A stretch of 64,000 nucleotides of DNA, from the NCBI GenBank assembly GCA_964016885.1, contig OZ024747.1:29636001-29700000 (forward strand). The letters are read 5' to 3'. The notes under the pieces are model-generated. The model made no database searches, was not told where the DNA came from, and saw nothing but the letters and a program-made list of their open reading frames with translations. Positions 25,977 through 38,200 of the stretch are shown in pieces (position 1 is the stretch's first letter; every line of letters begins with the position of its first letter). A program made the translations under genes and the position numbers. This DNA comes from Eledone cirrhosa (Eukaryota).

Positions 25977-28747
25977 TTTTATGGGGGGGGTCCGTTTTTT
26001 ATTTGGGTACCCCGTTTTTTATTTGGGTGCCCCGTTTTTTTATGGGGGGGGTCCGTTTTTTATTTGGGTGTCCCGTTTTTTTATGGGGGGGGTCCGTTTT
26101 TTATTTGGGTGCCCCGTTTTTTTATGGGGGGGGTCCGTTTTTTATTTGGGTACCCCGTTTTTTATTTGGGTGCCCCGTTTTTTTATGGGGGGATCCGTTT
26201 TTTATTTGGGTGCCCCGTTTTTTATTTGGGTGTCCCGTTTTTTTATGGGGGGATCCGTTTTTTATTTGGGTGCCCCGTTTTTTATGGGGGGGGGTCCGTT
26301 TTTTATTTGGGTACCCCGTTTTTTATTTGGGTGCCCCGTTTTTTTATGGGGGGGGTCCGTTTTTTATTTGGGTGCCCCGTTTTTTTATGGGGGGGGTCCG
26401 TTTTTTATTTGGGTGCCCCGTTTTTTTATGGGGGGGGGGTCCCGTTTTTTATTTGGGTGCCCCGTTTTTTTATGGGGGGGGGTCCGTTTTTTATTTGGGT
26501 ACCCCGTTTTTTATTTGGGTGCCCCGTTTTTTTATGGGGGGGGGTCCGTTTTTTATTTGGGTGCCCCGTTTTTTTATGGGGGGGGGGCCGTTTTTTATTT
26601 GGGTGCCCCGTTTTTTTATGGGGGGGTCCCGTTTTTTATTTGGGTGCCCCGTTTTTTTATGGGGGGGGTCCGTTTTTTATTTGGGTACCCCGTTTTTTAT
26701 TTGGGTGCCCCGTTTTTTTATGGGGGGGGTCCGTTTTTTATTTGGGTGCCCCGTTTTTTATTTGGGTGCCCCGTTTTTTTATGGGGGGGATCCGTTTTTT
26801 ATTTGGGTGCCCCGTTTTATATTTGGGTGCCCCGTTTTTTATTTGGGTGCCCCGTTTTTTTATGGGGGGGTCCGTTTTTTATCTGGGTACCCCGTTTTTT
26901 ATTTGGGTACCCCGTTTTTTATTTGGGTGCCCCGTTTTTTTATGGGGGGGGGTCCGTTTTTTATTTGGGTGCCCCGTTTTTTTAATGGGGGGGGGTCCGT
27001 TTTTTATTTGGGTGCCCCGTTTTTTATTTGGGTACCCCGTTTTTTATTTGGGTGCCCCGTTTTTTATTTGGGTGCCCCGTTTTTTTATGGGGGAGTCCGT
27101 TTTTTATTTGGGTGCCCCGTTTTTTATTTGGGTACCCCGTTTTTCATTTGGGTGCCCCGTTTTTTTATGGGGGGGTCCGTTTTTTATTTGGGTGCCCCGT
27201 TTTTTTATGGGGGGGGGCCGTTTTTTATTTGGGTACCCCGTTTTTTATTTGGGTGCCCCGTTTTTTATTTGGGTACCCCGTTTTTTATTTGGGTGCCCCG
27301 TTTTTTTATGGGGGGGGTCCGTTTTTTATTTGGGTGCCCCGTTTTTTTATGGGGGGGGTCCGTTTTTTATTTGGGTGCCCCGTTTTTTTATGGGGGGGTC
27401 CCGTTTTTTATTTGGGTGCCCCGTTTTTTTATGGGGGGGGGTCCGTTTTTTATTTGGGTACCCCGTTTTTTATTTGGGTGCCCCGTTTTTTTATGGGGGG
27501 GTCCGTTTTTTATTTGGGTGCCCCGTTTTTTTATGGGGGGGTCCGTTTTTTATCTGGGTACCCCGTTTTTTATTTGGGTACCCCGTTTTTTATTTGGGTG
27601 CCCCGTTTTTTTATGGGGGGGGTCCGTTTTTTATTTGGGTGCCCCGACTTTTATTTGGGTGTCCCGTTTTTTTATGGGGGGGTCCCGTTTTTTATTTGGG
27701 TGCCCCGTTTTATATTTGGGTGCCCCGTTTTTTATTTGGGTGCCCCGTTTTTTTATGGGGGGGTCCGTTTTTTATCTGGGTACCCCGTTTTTTATTTGGG
27801 TACCCCGTTTTTTTATGGGGGGGGTCCGTTTTTTATTTGGGTGCCCCGTTTTTTTATGGGGGGGTCCCGTTTTTTATTTGGGTGCCCCGTTTTTTTATGG
27901 GGGGGGGTCCGTTTTTTATTTGGGTACCCCGTTTTTTATTTGGGTGCCCCGTTTTTTTATGGGGGGGGTCCGTTTTTTATTTGGGTGCCCCGTTTTTTAT
28001 TTGGGTGCCCCGTTTTTTTATGGGGGGGATCCGTTTTTTATTTGGGTGCCCCGTTTTATATTTGGGTGCCCCGTTTTTTATTTGGGTGCCCCGTTTTTTT
28101 ATGGGGGGGTCCGTTTTTTATCTGGGTACCCCGTTTTTTATTTGGGTACCCCGTTTTTTATTTGGGTGCCCCGTTTTTTTATGGGGGGGGGTCCGTTTTT
28201 TATTTGGGTGCCCCGTTTTTTTAATGGGGGGGGTCCGTTTTTTATTTGGGTGCCCCGTTTTTTATTTGGGTACCCCGTTTTTTATTTGGGTGCCCCGTTT
28301 TTTTCTGGGGGGGTCCCGTTTTTTATTTGGGTGCCCCGTTTTTATATGGGGGGGGGGTCCGTTTTTTATTTGGGTACCCCGTTTTTTATTTGGGTGTCCC
28401 GTTTTTTTATGGGGGGATCCGTTTTTTATTTGGGTGCCCCGTTTTTTATGGGGGGGGGGTCCGTTTTTTATTTGGGTACCCCGTTTTTTATTTGGGTGCC
28501 CCGTTTTTTTATGGGGGGGGTCCGTTTTTTATTTGGGTGCCCCGTTTTTTTATGGGGGGGGGGTCCGTTTTTTATTTGGGTGCCCCGTTTTTTTATGGGG
28601 GGGGTCCCGTTTTTTATTTGGGTGCCCCGTTTTTTTATGGGGGGGGTCCGTTTTTTATTTGGGTACCCCGTTTTTTATTTGGGTGCCCCGTTTTTTTATG
28701 GGGAGGGTCCGTTTTTTATTTGGGTGCCCCGTTTTTTTACAAATTAT
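25977..28747. repeat. Satellite B island, copy 1 (~20-21 bp two-monomer T/G-rich repeat)
   Basis: Tandem monomers CCGTTTTTTATTTGGGT(G/A)CC and CCGTTTTTTTAT(G)6-11T. Abrupt start after GGGGAGATAATTT and end at ...CCCCGTTTTTTTACAAATTAT. Confidence 0.97.
28732..28747 (-). other. Inverted 16-nt fragment of the A1 monomer at the right junction of B
   Basis: TTTTTTTACAAATTAT is the exact reverse complement of ATAATTTGTAAAAAAA from A1. It recurs at 32375-32390. Confidence 0.9.
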
Positions 28748-29619
28748 TGAGATAACATTTAAAAAAATCAGGCGGAGATAATTTGTAAAAAAATCAGGGG
28801 GAGATAATTTGTAAAAAAATCAGGGGGAGATAATTTGTAAAAAAAATCAGGGGTAGATAATTTCCAGCCGTCCAAGGGGAGATAATTTCCATCCTTCCAA
28901 GGGGAGATAATTTCCAGCCGTCCGAGGGGAGATAATTTCCCGCCAGCCAAGGAGAGATAATATTTAAAAAAATCAGGCGGAGATAATTTGTAAAAAAAAT
29001 CAGGGGGAGATAATTTGTAAAAAAATCAGGGGGAGATAATTTGTAAAAAAAAATCAGGGGAGATAATTTGTAAAAAAAATCAGGGGGAGATGATTTGTAA
29101 AAAAAAATCAGGGGTAGATAATTTGTAAAAAAAAATCAGGGGGAGATAATTTGTAAAAAAAAAATCAGGGGGAGATAATTTGTAAAAAAATCAAGGGGAG
29201 ATAATTTCCAGCCGTCCAAGGGGAGATAATTTTCAGCCGTCCAAGGAGGTAATTTCTAGCCGTCCAAGGGGAGATAATTTCCAGCCGTCCAAGGGGATAT
29301 AATTTTTTTTTAAAAATCAGGCGGAGATAATTTGTAAACAAAAATCAGGGGGAGATAATTTGTAAAAAAAAATCAGGGGGAGATAATTTGTAAAAAAAAA
29401 TCAGGGGGAGATAATTTGTAAAAAAAATCAAGGGGAGATAATTTCCAGCCGTCCAAGGGGAGGTAATATCTAGCCATCCAAGGGGAGATAATTTCCAGCC
29501 GTCCAAGGGGAGATAATTTCCAGCCGTCCAAGGGGAGATAATTTTCAGCCGTCCAAGGAGAGGTAATTTCTAGCCGTCCAAGGGGAGATAATTTCCAGCC
29601 AGCCAAGGGGAGATAATTT
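28748..29619. repeat. Satellite A spacer between the two adjacent B islands
   Basis: A1/A2 monomers. 28748-29542 matches 32391-33185, and 29504-29619 matches 25861-25976. Confidence 0.95.
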
Positions 29620-32390
29620 TTTTATGGGGGGGGTCCGTTTTTTATTTGGGTACCCCGTTTTTTATTTGGGTGCCCCGTTTTTTTATGGGGGGGGTCCGTT
29701 TTTTATTTGGGTGTCCCGTTTTTTTATGGGGGGGGTCCGTTTTTTATTTGGGTGCCCCGTTTTTTTATGGGGGGGGTCCGTTTTTTATTTGGGTACCCCG
29801 TTTTTTATTTGGGTGCCCCGTTTTTTTATGGGGGGATCCGTTTTTTATTTGGGTGCCCCGTTTTTTATTTGGGTGTCCCGTTTTTTTATGGGGGGATCCG
29901 TTTTTTATTTGGGTGCCCCGTTTTTTATGGGGGGGGGTCCGTTTTTTATTTGGGTACCCCGTTTTTTATTTGGGTGCCCCGTTTTTTTATGGGGGGGGTC
30001 CGTTTTTTATTTGGGTGCCCCGTTTTTTTATGGGGGGGGTCCGTTTTTTATTTGGGTGCCCCGTTTTTTTATGGGGGGGGGGTCCCGTTTTTTATTTGGG
30101 TGCCCCGTTTTTTTATGGGGGGGGGTCCGTTTTTTATTTGGGTACCCCGTTTTTTATTTGGGTGCCCCGTTTTTTTATGGGGGGGGGTCCGTTTTTTATT
30201 TGGGTGCCCCGTTTTTTTATGGGGGGGGGGCCGTTTTTTATTTGGGTGCCCCGTTTTTTTATGGGGGGGTCCCGTTTTTTATTTGGGTGCCCCGTTTTTT
30301 TATGGGGGGGGTCCGTTTTTTATTTGGGTACCCCGTTTTTTATTTGGGTGCCCCGTTTTTTTATGGGGGGGGTCCGTTTTTTATTTGGGTGCCCCGTTTT
30401 TTATTTGGGTGCCCCGTTTTTTTATGGGGGGGATCCGTTTTTTATTTGGGTGCCCCGTTTTATATTTGGGTGCCCCGTTTTTTATTTGGGTGCCCCGTTT
30501 TTTTATGGGGGGGTCCGTTTTTTATCTGGGTACCCCGTTTTTTATTTGGGTACCCCGTTTTTTATTTGGGTGCCCCGTTTTTTTATGGGGGGGGGTCCGT
30601 TTTTTATTTGGGTGCCCCGTTTTTTTAATGGGGGGGGGTCCGTTTTTTATTTGGGTGCCCCGTTTTTTATTTGGGTACCCCGTTTTTTATTTGGGTGCCC
30701 CGTTTTTTATTTGGGTGCCCCGTTTTTTTATGGGGGAGTCCGTTTTTTATTTGGGTGCCCCGTTTTTTATTTGGGTACCCCGTTTTTCATTTGGGTGCCC
30801 CGTTTTTTTATGGGGGGGTCCGTTTTTTATTTGGGTGCCCCGTTTTTTTATGGGGGGGGGCCGTTTTTTATTTGGGTACCCCGTTTTTTATTTGGGTGCC
30901 CCGTTTTTTATTTGGGTACCCCGTTTTTTATTTGGGTGCCCCGTTTTTTTATGGGGGGGGTCCGTTTTTTATTTGGGTGCCCCGTTTTTTTATGGGGGGG
31001 GTCCGTTTTTTATTTGGGTGCCCCGTTTTTTTATGGGGGGGTCCCGTTTTTTATTTGGGTGCCCCGTTTTTTTATGGGGGGGGGTCCGTTTTTTATTTGG
31101 GTACCCCGTTTTTTATTTGGGTGCCCCGTTTTTTTATGGGGGGGTCCGTTTTTTATTTGGGTGCCCCGTTTTTTTATGGGGGGGTCCGTTTTTTATCTGG
31201 GTACCCCGTTTTTTATTTGGGTACCCCGTTTTTTATTTGGGTGCCCCGTTTTTTTATGGGGGGGGTCCGTTTTTTATTTGGGTGCCCCGACTTTTATTTG
31301 GGTGTCCCGTTTTTTTATGGGGGGGTCCCGTTTTTTATTTGGGTGCCCCGTTTTATATTTGGGTGCCCCGTTTTTTATTTGGGTGCCCCGTTTTTTTATG
31401 GGGGGGTCCGTTTTTTATCTGGGTACCCCGTTTTTTATTTGGGTACCCCGTTTTTTTATGGGGGGGGTCCGTTTTTTATTTGGGTGCCCCGTTTTTTTAT
31501 GGGGGGGTCCCGTTTTTTATTTGGGTGCCCCGTTTTTTTATGGGGGGGGGTCCGTTTTTTATTTGGGTACCCCGTTTTTTATTTGGGTGCCCCGTTTTTT
31601 TATGGGGGGGGTCCGTTTTTTATTTGGGTGCCCCGTTTTTTATTTGGGTGCCCCGTTTTTTTATGGGGGGGATCCGTTTTTTATTTGGGTGCCCCGTTTT
31701 ATATTTGGGTGCCCCGTTTTTTATTTGGGTGCCCCGTTTTTTTATGGGGGGGTCCGTTTTTTATCTGGGTACCCCGTTTTTTATTTGGGTACCCCGTTTT
31801 TTATTTGGGTGCCCCGTTTTTTTATGGGGGGGGGTCCGTTTTTTATTTGGGTGCCCCGTTTTTTTAATGGGGGGGGTCCGTTTTTTATTTGGGTGCCCCG
31901 TTTTTTATTTGGGTACCCCGTTTTTTATTTGGGTGCCCCGTTTTTTTCTGGGGGGGTCCCGTTTTTTATTTGGGTGCCCCGTTTTTATATGGGGGGGGGG
32001 TCCGTTTTTTATTTGGGTACCCCGTTTTTTATTTGGGTGTCCCGTTTTTTTATGGGGGGATCCGTTTTTTATTTGGGTGCCCCGTTTTTTATGGGGGGGG
32101 GGTCCGTTTTTTATTTGGGTACCCCGTTTTTTATTTGGGTGCCCCGTTTTTTTATGGGGGGGGTCCGTTTTTTATTTGGGTGCCCCGTTTTTTTATGGGG
32201 GGGGGGTCCGTTTTTTATTTGGGTGCCCCGTTTTTTTATGGGGGGGGTCCCGTTTTTTATTTGGGTGCCCCGTTTTTTTATGGGGGGGGTCCGTTTTTTA
32301 TTTGGGTACCCCGTTTTTTATTTGGGTGCCCCGTTTTTTTATGGGGAGGGTCCGTTTTTTATTTGGGTGCCCCGTTTTTTTACAAATTAT
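29620..32390. repeat. Satellite B island, copy 2
   Basis: Same sequence and junctions as copy 1. All five + strand pseudo-ORFs are identical at offset 3643. Confidence 0.97.
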
Positions 32391-35299
32391 TGAGATAACA
32401 TTTAAAAAAATCAGGCGGAGATAATTTGTAAAAAAATCAGGGGGAGATAATTTGTAAAAAAATCAGGGGGAGATAATTTGTAAAAAAAATCAGGGGTAGA
32501 TAATTTCCAGCCGTCCAAGGGGAGATAATTTCCATCCTTCCAAGGGGAGATAATTTCCAGCCGTCCGAGGGGAGATAATTTCCCGCCAGCCAAGGAGAGA
32601 TAATATTTAAAAAAATCAGGCGGAGATAATTTGTAAAAAAAATCAGGGGGAGATAATTTGTAAAAAAATCAGGGGGAGATAATTTGTAAAAAAAAATCAG
32701 GGGAGATAATTTGTAAAAAAAATCAGGGGGAGATGATTTGTAAAAAAAAATCAGGGGTAGATAATTTGTAAAAAAAAATCAGGGGGAGATAATTTGTAAA
32801 AAAAAAATCAGGGGGAGATAATTTGTAAAAAAATCAAGGGGAGATAATTTCCAGCCGTCCAAGGGGAGATAATTTTCAGCCGTCCAAGGAGGTAATTTCT
32901 AGCCGTCCAAGGGGAGATAATTTCCAGCCGTCCAAGGGGATATAATTTTTTTTTAAAAATCAGGCGGAGATAATTTGTAAACAAAAATCAGGGGGAGATA
33001 ATTTGTAAAAAAAAATCAGGGGGAGATAATTTGTAAAAAAAAATCAGGGGGAGATAATTTGTAAAAAAAATCAAGGGGAGATAATTTCCAGCCGTCCAAG
33101 GGGAGGTAATATCTAGCCATCCAAGGGGAGATAATTTCCAGCCGTCCAAGGGGAGATAATTTCCAGCCGTCCAAGGGGAGATAATATCCAGCCGTCCAAG
33201 GAGACATATTTTCCAGCCGTCCAAGGAGAGGTAATTTCTAGCCGTCCAAGGGGAGATAAGTTCCAGCCTCCAAGGGGAGAAAATTTCCAGCCAGCCAAGG
33301 GGAGATAATTTGTAAAAAAATCAGGGGGAGATAATTTGTAAAAAAAAAATCAGGGGGAGATAATTTGTAAAAAAATCAGGGGGAGATAATTTGTAAAAAA
33401 AAAATCAGGGGGAGATAATTTGTAAAAAAAATCAGGGGGAGATAATTTGTAGAAAAAATCAGGGGTAGATAATTTGTAAAAAAAATCAGGGGGAGATAAT
33501 TTGTAAAAAAAATCAGGGGGAGATAATTTGTAAAAAAAATCAGGGGTAGATAATTTTCAGCCGTCCAAGGGGAGATAATTCCCATCCTTCCAAGGGGAGA
33601 TAATTTCCAGCCGTCCAAGGGGAGATAATTTCCCGCCAGCCAAGGAGAGATAACATTTAAAAAAATCAGGCGGAGATAATTTGTAAAAAAAATCAGGGGG
33701 AGATAATTTGTAAAAAAATCAGGGGGAGATAATTTGTAAAAAAAATCAGGGGTAGATAATTTCCAGCCGTCCAAGGGGAGATAATTTCCATCCTTCCAAG
33801 GGGAGATAATTTCCAGCCGTCCAAGGGGAGATAATTTCCCGCCAGCCAAGGAGAGATAATATTTAAAAAAATCAGGCGGAGATAATTTGTAAAAAAAATC
33901 AGGGGGAGATAATTTGTAAAAAAATCAGGGGGAGATAATTTGTAAAAAAAAATCAGGGGGAGATAATTTGTAAAAAAAATCAGGGGGAGATAATTTGTAA
34001 AAAAAAATCAGGGGTAGATAATTTGTAAAAAAAAATCAGGGGGAGATAATTTGTAAAAAAAAAATCAGGGGGAGATAATTTGTAAAAAAATCAAGGGGAG
34101 ATAATTTCCAGCCGTCCAAGGGGAGATAATTTTCAGCCGTCCAAGGAGAGGTAATTTCTAGCCGTCCAAGGGGAGATAATTTCCAGCCGTCCAAGGGGAG
34201 ATAATTTTTTTAAAAAAATCAGGCGGAGATAATTTGTAAACAAAAATCAGGGGGAGATAATTTGTAAAAAAAAATCAGGGGGAGATAATTTGTAAAAAAA
34301 AAATCAGGGGGTGATAATTTGTAAAAAAATCAAGGGGAGATAATTTCCAGCCGTCCAAGGGGAGATAATTTTCAGCCGTCCAAGGAGAGGTAATTTCTAG
34401 CCGTCCAAGGGGAGATAATTTCCAGCCAGCCAAGGGGAGATAATTTGTAAAAAAATCAGGGGTAGATAATTTGTAAAAAAAAATCAGGGGGAGATAATTT
34501 GTAAAAAAAATCAGGGGGAGATAATTTGTAAAAAAATCAGGGGGAGATAATTTGTAAAAAAAATCAGGGGGAGATAATTTGTAAAAAAATCAGGGGGAGA
34601 TAATTTGTAAAAAAAAAATCAGGGGGATATAATTTGTAAAAAAAATCAGGGCGAGATAATTTGTAAAAAAAATCAGGGGTAGATAATTTGTAAAAAAAAT
34701 CAGGGGGAGATAATTTGTAAAAAAAATCAGGGGGAGATAATTTGTAAAAAAAATCAGGGGTAGATAATTTCCAGCCGTCCAAGGGGAGATAATTTCCATC
34801 CTTCCAAGGGGAGATAATTTCCAGCCGTCCAAGGGGAGATAATTTCCCGCCAGCCAAGGAGAGATAACATTTAAAAAAATCAGGCGGAGATAATTTGTAA
34901 AAAAAATCAGGGGGAGATAATTTGTAAAAAAATCAGGGGGAGATAATTTGTAAAAAAAATCAGGGGTAGATAATTTCCAGCCGTCCAAGGGGAGATAATT
35001 TCCATCCTTCCAAGGGGAGATAATTTCCAGCCGTCCAAGGGGAGATAATTTCCCGCCAGCCAAGGAGAGATAATATTTAAAAAAATCAGGCGGAGATAAT
35101 TTGTAAAAAAAATCAGGGGGAGATAATTTGTAAAAAAATCAGGGGGAGATAATTTGTAAAAAAAAATCAGGGGAGATAATTTGTAAAAAAAATCAGGGGG
35201 AGATAATTTGTAAAAAAAATCAGGGGTAGATAATTTGTAAAAAAAAATCAGGGGGAGATAATTTGTAAAAAAAAAATCAGGGGGAGATAATTTGTAAAA

Positions 35300-38200
35300 A
35301 AATCAAGGGGAGATAATTTCCAGCCGTCCAAGGGGAGATAATTTTCAGCCGTCCAAGGAGGTAATTTCTAGCCGTCCAAGGGGAGATAATTTCCAGCCGT
35401 CCAAGGGGAGATAATTTTTTTAAAAAAATCAGGCGGAGATAATTTGTAAACAAAAATCAGGGGGAGATAATTTGTAAAAAAAAATCAGGGGGAGATAATT
35501 TGTAAAAAAAAATCAGGGGGAGATAATTTGTAAAAAAAATCAAGGGGAGATAATTTCCAGCCGTCCAAGGGGAGGTAATATCTAGCCATCCAAGGGGAGA
35601 TAATTTCCAGCCGTCCAAGGGGAGATAATTTCCAGCCGTCCAAGGGGAGATAATATCCAGCCGTCCAAGGAGACATATTTTCCAGCCGTCCAAGGAGAGG
35701 TAATTTCTAGCCGTCCAAGGGGAGATAAGTTCCAGCCTCCAAGGGGAGATAATTTCCAGCCAGCCAAGGGGAGATAATTTGTAAAAAAATCAGGGGGAGA
35801 TAATTTGTAAAAAAAAAATCAGGGGGAGATAATTTGTAAAAAAATCAGGGGGAGATAATTTGTAAAAAAAAAATCAGGGGGAGATAATTTGTAAAAAAAA
35901 TCAGGGGGAGATAATTTGTAGAAAAAATCAGGGGTAGATAATTTGTAAAAAAAATCAGGGGGAGATAATTTGTAAAAAAAATCAGGGGGAGATAATTTGT
36001 AAAAAAAATCAGGGGTAGATAATTTTCAGCCGTCCAAGGGGAGATAATTTCCATCCTTCCAAGGGGAGATAATTTCCAGCCGTCCAAGGGGAGATAATCT
36101 CCCGCCAGCCAAGGAGAGATAACATTTAAAAAAATCAGGCGGAGATAATTTGTAAAAAAATCAGGGGAAGATAATTTGTAAAAAAAATCAGGGGTAGATA
36201 ATTTCCAGCCGTCCAAGGGGAGATAATTTCCATCCTTCCAAGGGGAGATAATTTCCAGCCGTCCAAGGGGAGATAATTTCCCGCCAGCCAAGGAGAGATA
36301 ATATTTAAAAAAATCAGGCGGAGATAATTTGTAAAAAAAATCAGGGGGAGATAATTTGTAAAAAAATCAGGGGGAGATAATTTGTAAAAAAAAATCAGGG
36401 GGAGATAATTTGTAAAAAAAATCAGGGGGAGATAATTTGTAAAAAAAATCAGGGGTAGATAATTTGTAAAAAAAAATCAGGGGGAGATAATTTGTAAAAA
36501 AAAAATCAGGGGGAGATAATTTGTAAAAAAATCAAGGGGAGATAATTTCCAGCCGTCCAAGGGGAGATAATTTTCAGCCGTCCAAGGAGAGGTAATTTCT
36601 CGCCGTCCAAGGGGAGATAATTTCCAGCCGTCCAAGGGGAGATAATTTTTTTAAAAAAATCAGGCGGAGATAATTTGTAAAAAAAAATCAGGGGGAGATA
36701 ATTTGTAAAAAAAAATCAGGGGGAGATAATTTGTAAAAAAAATCAAGGGGAGATAATTTCCAGCCGTCCAAGGGGAGGTAATATCTAGCCATCCAAGGGG
36801 AGATAATTTCCAGCCGTCCAAGGGGAGATAATTTCCAGCCGTCCAAGGGGAGATAATATCCAGCCGTCCAAGGAGACATATTTTCCAGCCGTCCAAGGAG
36901 AGGTAATTTCTAGCCGTCCAAGGGGAGATAAGTTCCAGCCTCCAAGGGGAGATAATTTCCAGCCAGCCAAGGGGAGATAATTTGTAAAAAAATCAGGGGG
37001 AGATAATTTGTAAAAAAAAAATCAGGGGGAGATAATTTGTAAAAAAATCAGGGGGAGATAATTTGTAAAAAAAAAATCAGGGGGAGATAATTTGTAAAAA
37101 AAATCAGGGGGAGATAATTTGTAAAAAAAATCAGGGGTAGATAATTTGTAAAAAAAATCAGGGGGAGATAATTTGTAAAAAAAATCAGGGGTAGATAATT
37201 TTCAGCCGTCCAAGGGGAGATAATTTCCATCCTTCCAAGGGGAGATAATTTCCAGCCGTCCAAGGGGAGATAATCTCCCGCCAGCCAAGGAGAGATAACA
37301 TTTAAAAAAATCAGGCGGAGATAATTTGTAAAAAAAATCAGGGGGAGATAATTTGTAAAAAAATCAGGGGGAGATAATTTGTAAAAAAAATCAGGGGTAG
37401 ATAATTTCCAGCCGTCCAAGGGGAGATAATTTCCATCCTTCCAAGGGGAGATAATTTCCAGCCGTCCAAGGGGAGATAATTTCCCGCCAGCCAAGGAGAG
37501 ATAATATTTAAAAAAATCAGGCGGAGATAATTTGTAAAAAAAATCAGGGGGAGATAATTTGTAAAAAAATCAGGGGGAGATAATTTGTAAAAAAAAATCA
37601 GGGGGAGATAATTTGTAAAAAAAATCAGGGGGAGATAATTTGTAAAAAAAATCAGGGGTAGATAATTTGTAAAAAAAAATCAGGGGGAGATAATTTGTAA
37701 AAAAAAAATCAGGGGGAGATAATTTGTAAAAAAATCAAGGGGAGATAATTTCCAGCCGTCCAAGGGGAGATAATTTTCAGCCGTCCAAGGAGAGGTAATT
37801 TCTCGCCGTCCAAGGGGAGATAATTTCCAGCCGTCCAAGGGGAGATAATTTTTTTAAAAAAATCAGGCGGAGATAATTTGTAAAAAAAAATCAGGGGGAG
37901 ATAATTTGTAAAAAAAAATCAGGGGGAGATAATTTGTAAAAAAAATCAAGGGGAGATAATTTCCAGCCGTCCAAGGGGAGGTAATATCTAGCCATCCAAG
38001 GGGAGATAATTTCCAGCCGTCCAAGGGGAGATAATTTCCAGCCGTCCAAGGGGAGATAATATCCAGCCGTCCAAGGAGACATATTTTCCAGCCGTCCAAG
38101 GAGAGGTAATTTCTAGCCGTCCAAGGGGAGATAAGTTCCAGCCTCCAAGGGGAGATAATTTCCAGCCAGCCAAGGGGAGATAATTTGTAAAAAAATCAGG

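Larger units (their letters stand above)
25861..33185. repeat. 3643 bp tandem duplication (B island plus ~870 bp of satellite A)
   Basis: Identical pseudo-ORFs at offset 3643 (25981/29624, 26003/29646, 28768/32411). Shared private variants TCCGAGGGG (~28921/32564) and GAGATGATTTG (~29087/32730). Confidence 0.93.

Noticed and set aside
25977-28740. B as a telomerase-added interstitial telomeric tract (TTATTTGGG or T-rich/G-rich look)
   Set aside because: It matches no telomere repeat I recognise, contains C-runs on the G strand, and shows internal ~0.4 kb duplications more typical of recombinational amplification. It would need to be found at chromosome ends to be reconsidered.
25970-28755. 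B as a MITE or transposon with ATAATTT/AAATTAT terminal inverted repeats and a GAGATAA target-site duplication
   Set aside because: The 7-bp inversion derives from the satellite core, and GAGATAA occurs in nearly every A monomer. The empty site shows a ~198 bp replacement rather than a duplication, and all copies share one insertion site.
26003-28781. 905-915 aa + strand ORFs (G/F/P/V/W-rich), repeated at 29646-32424
   Set aside because: All three frames are open over the same DNA because B is nearly A-free on this strand and lacks stop codons. The same peptides rotate between frames with homopolymer indels, and there is no domain or frame conservation.
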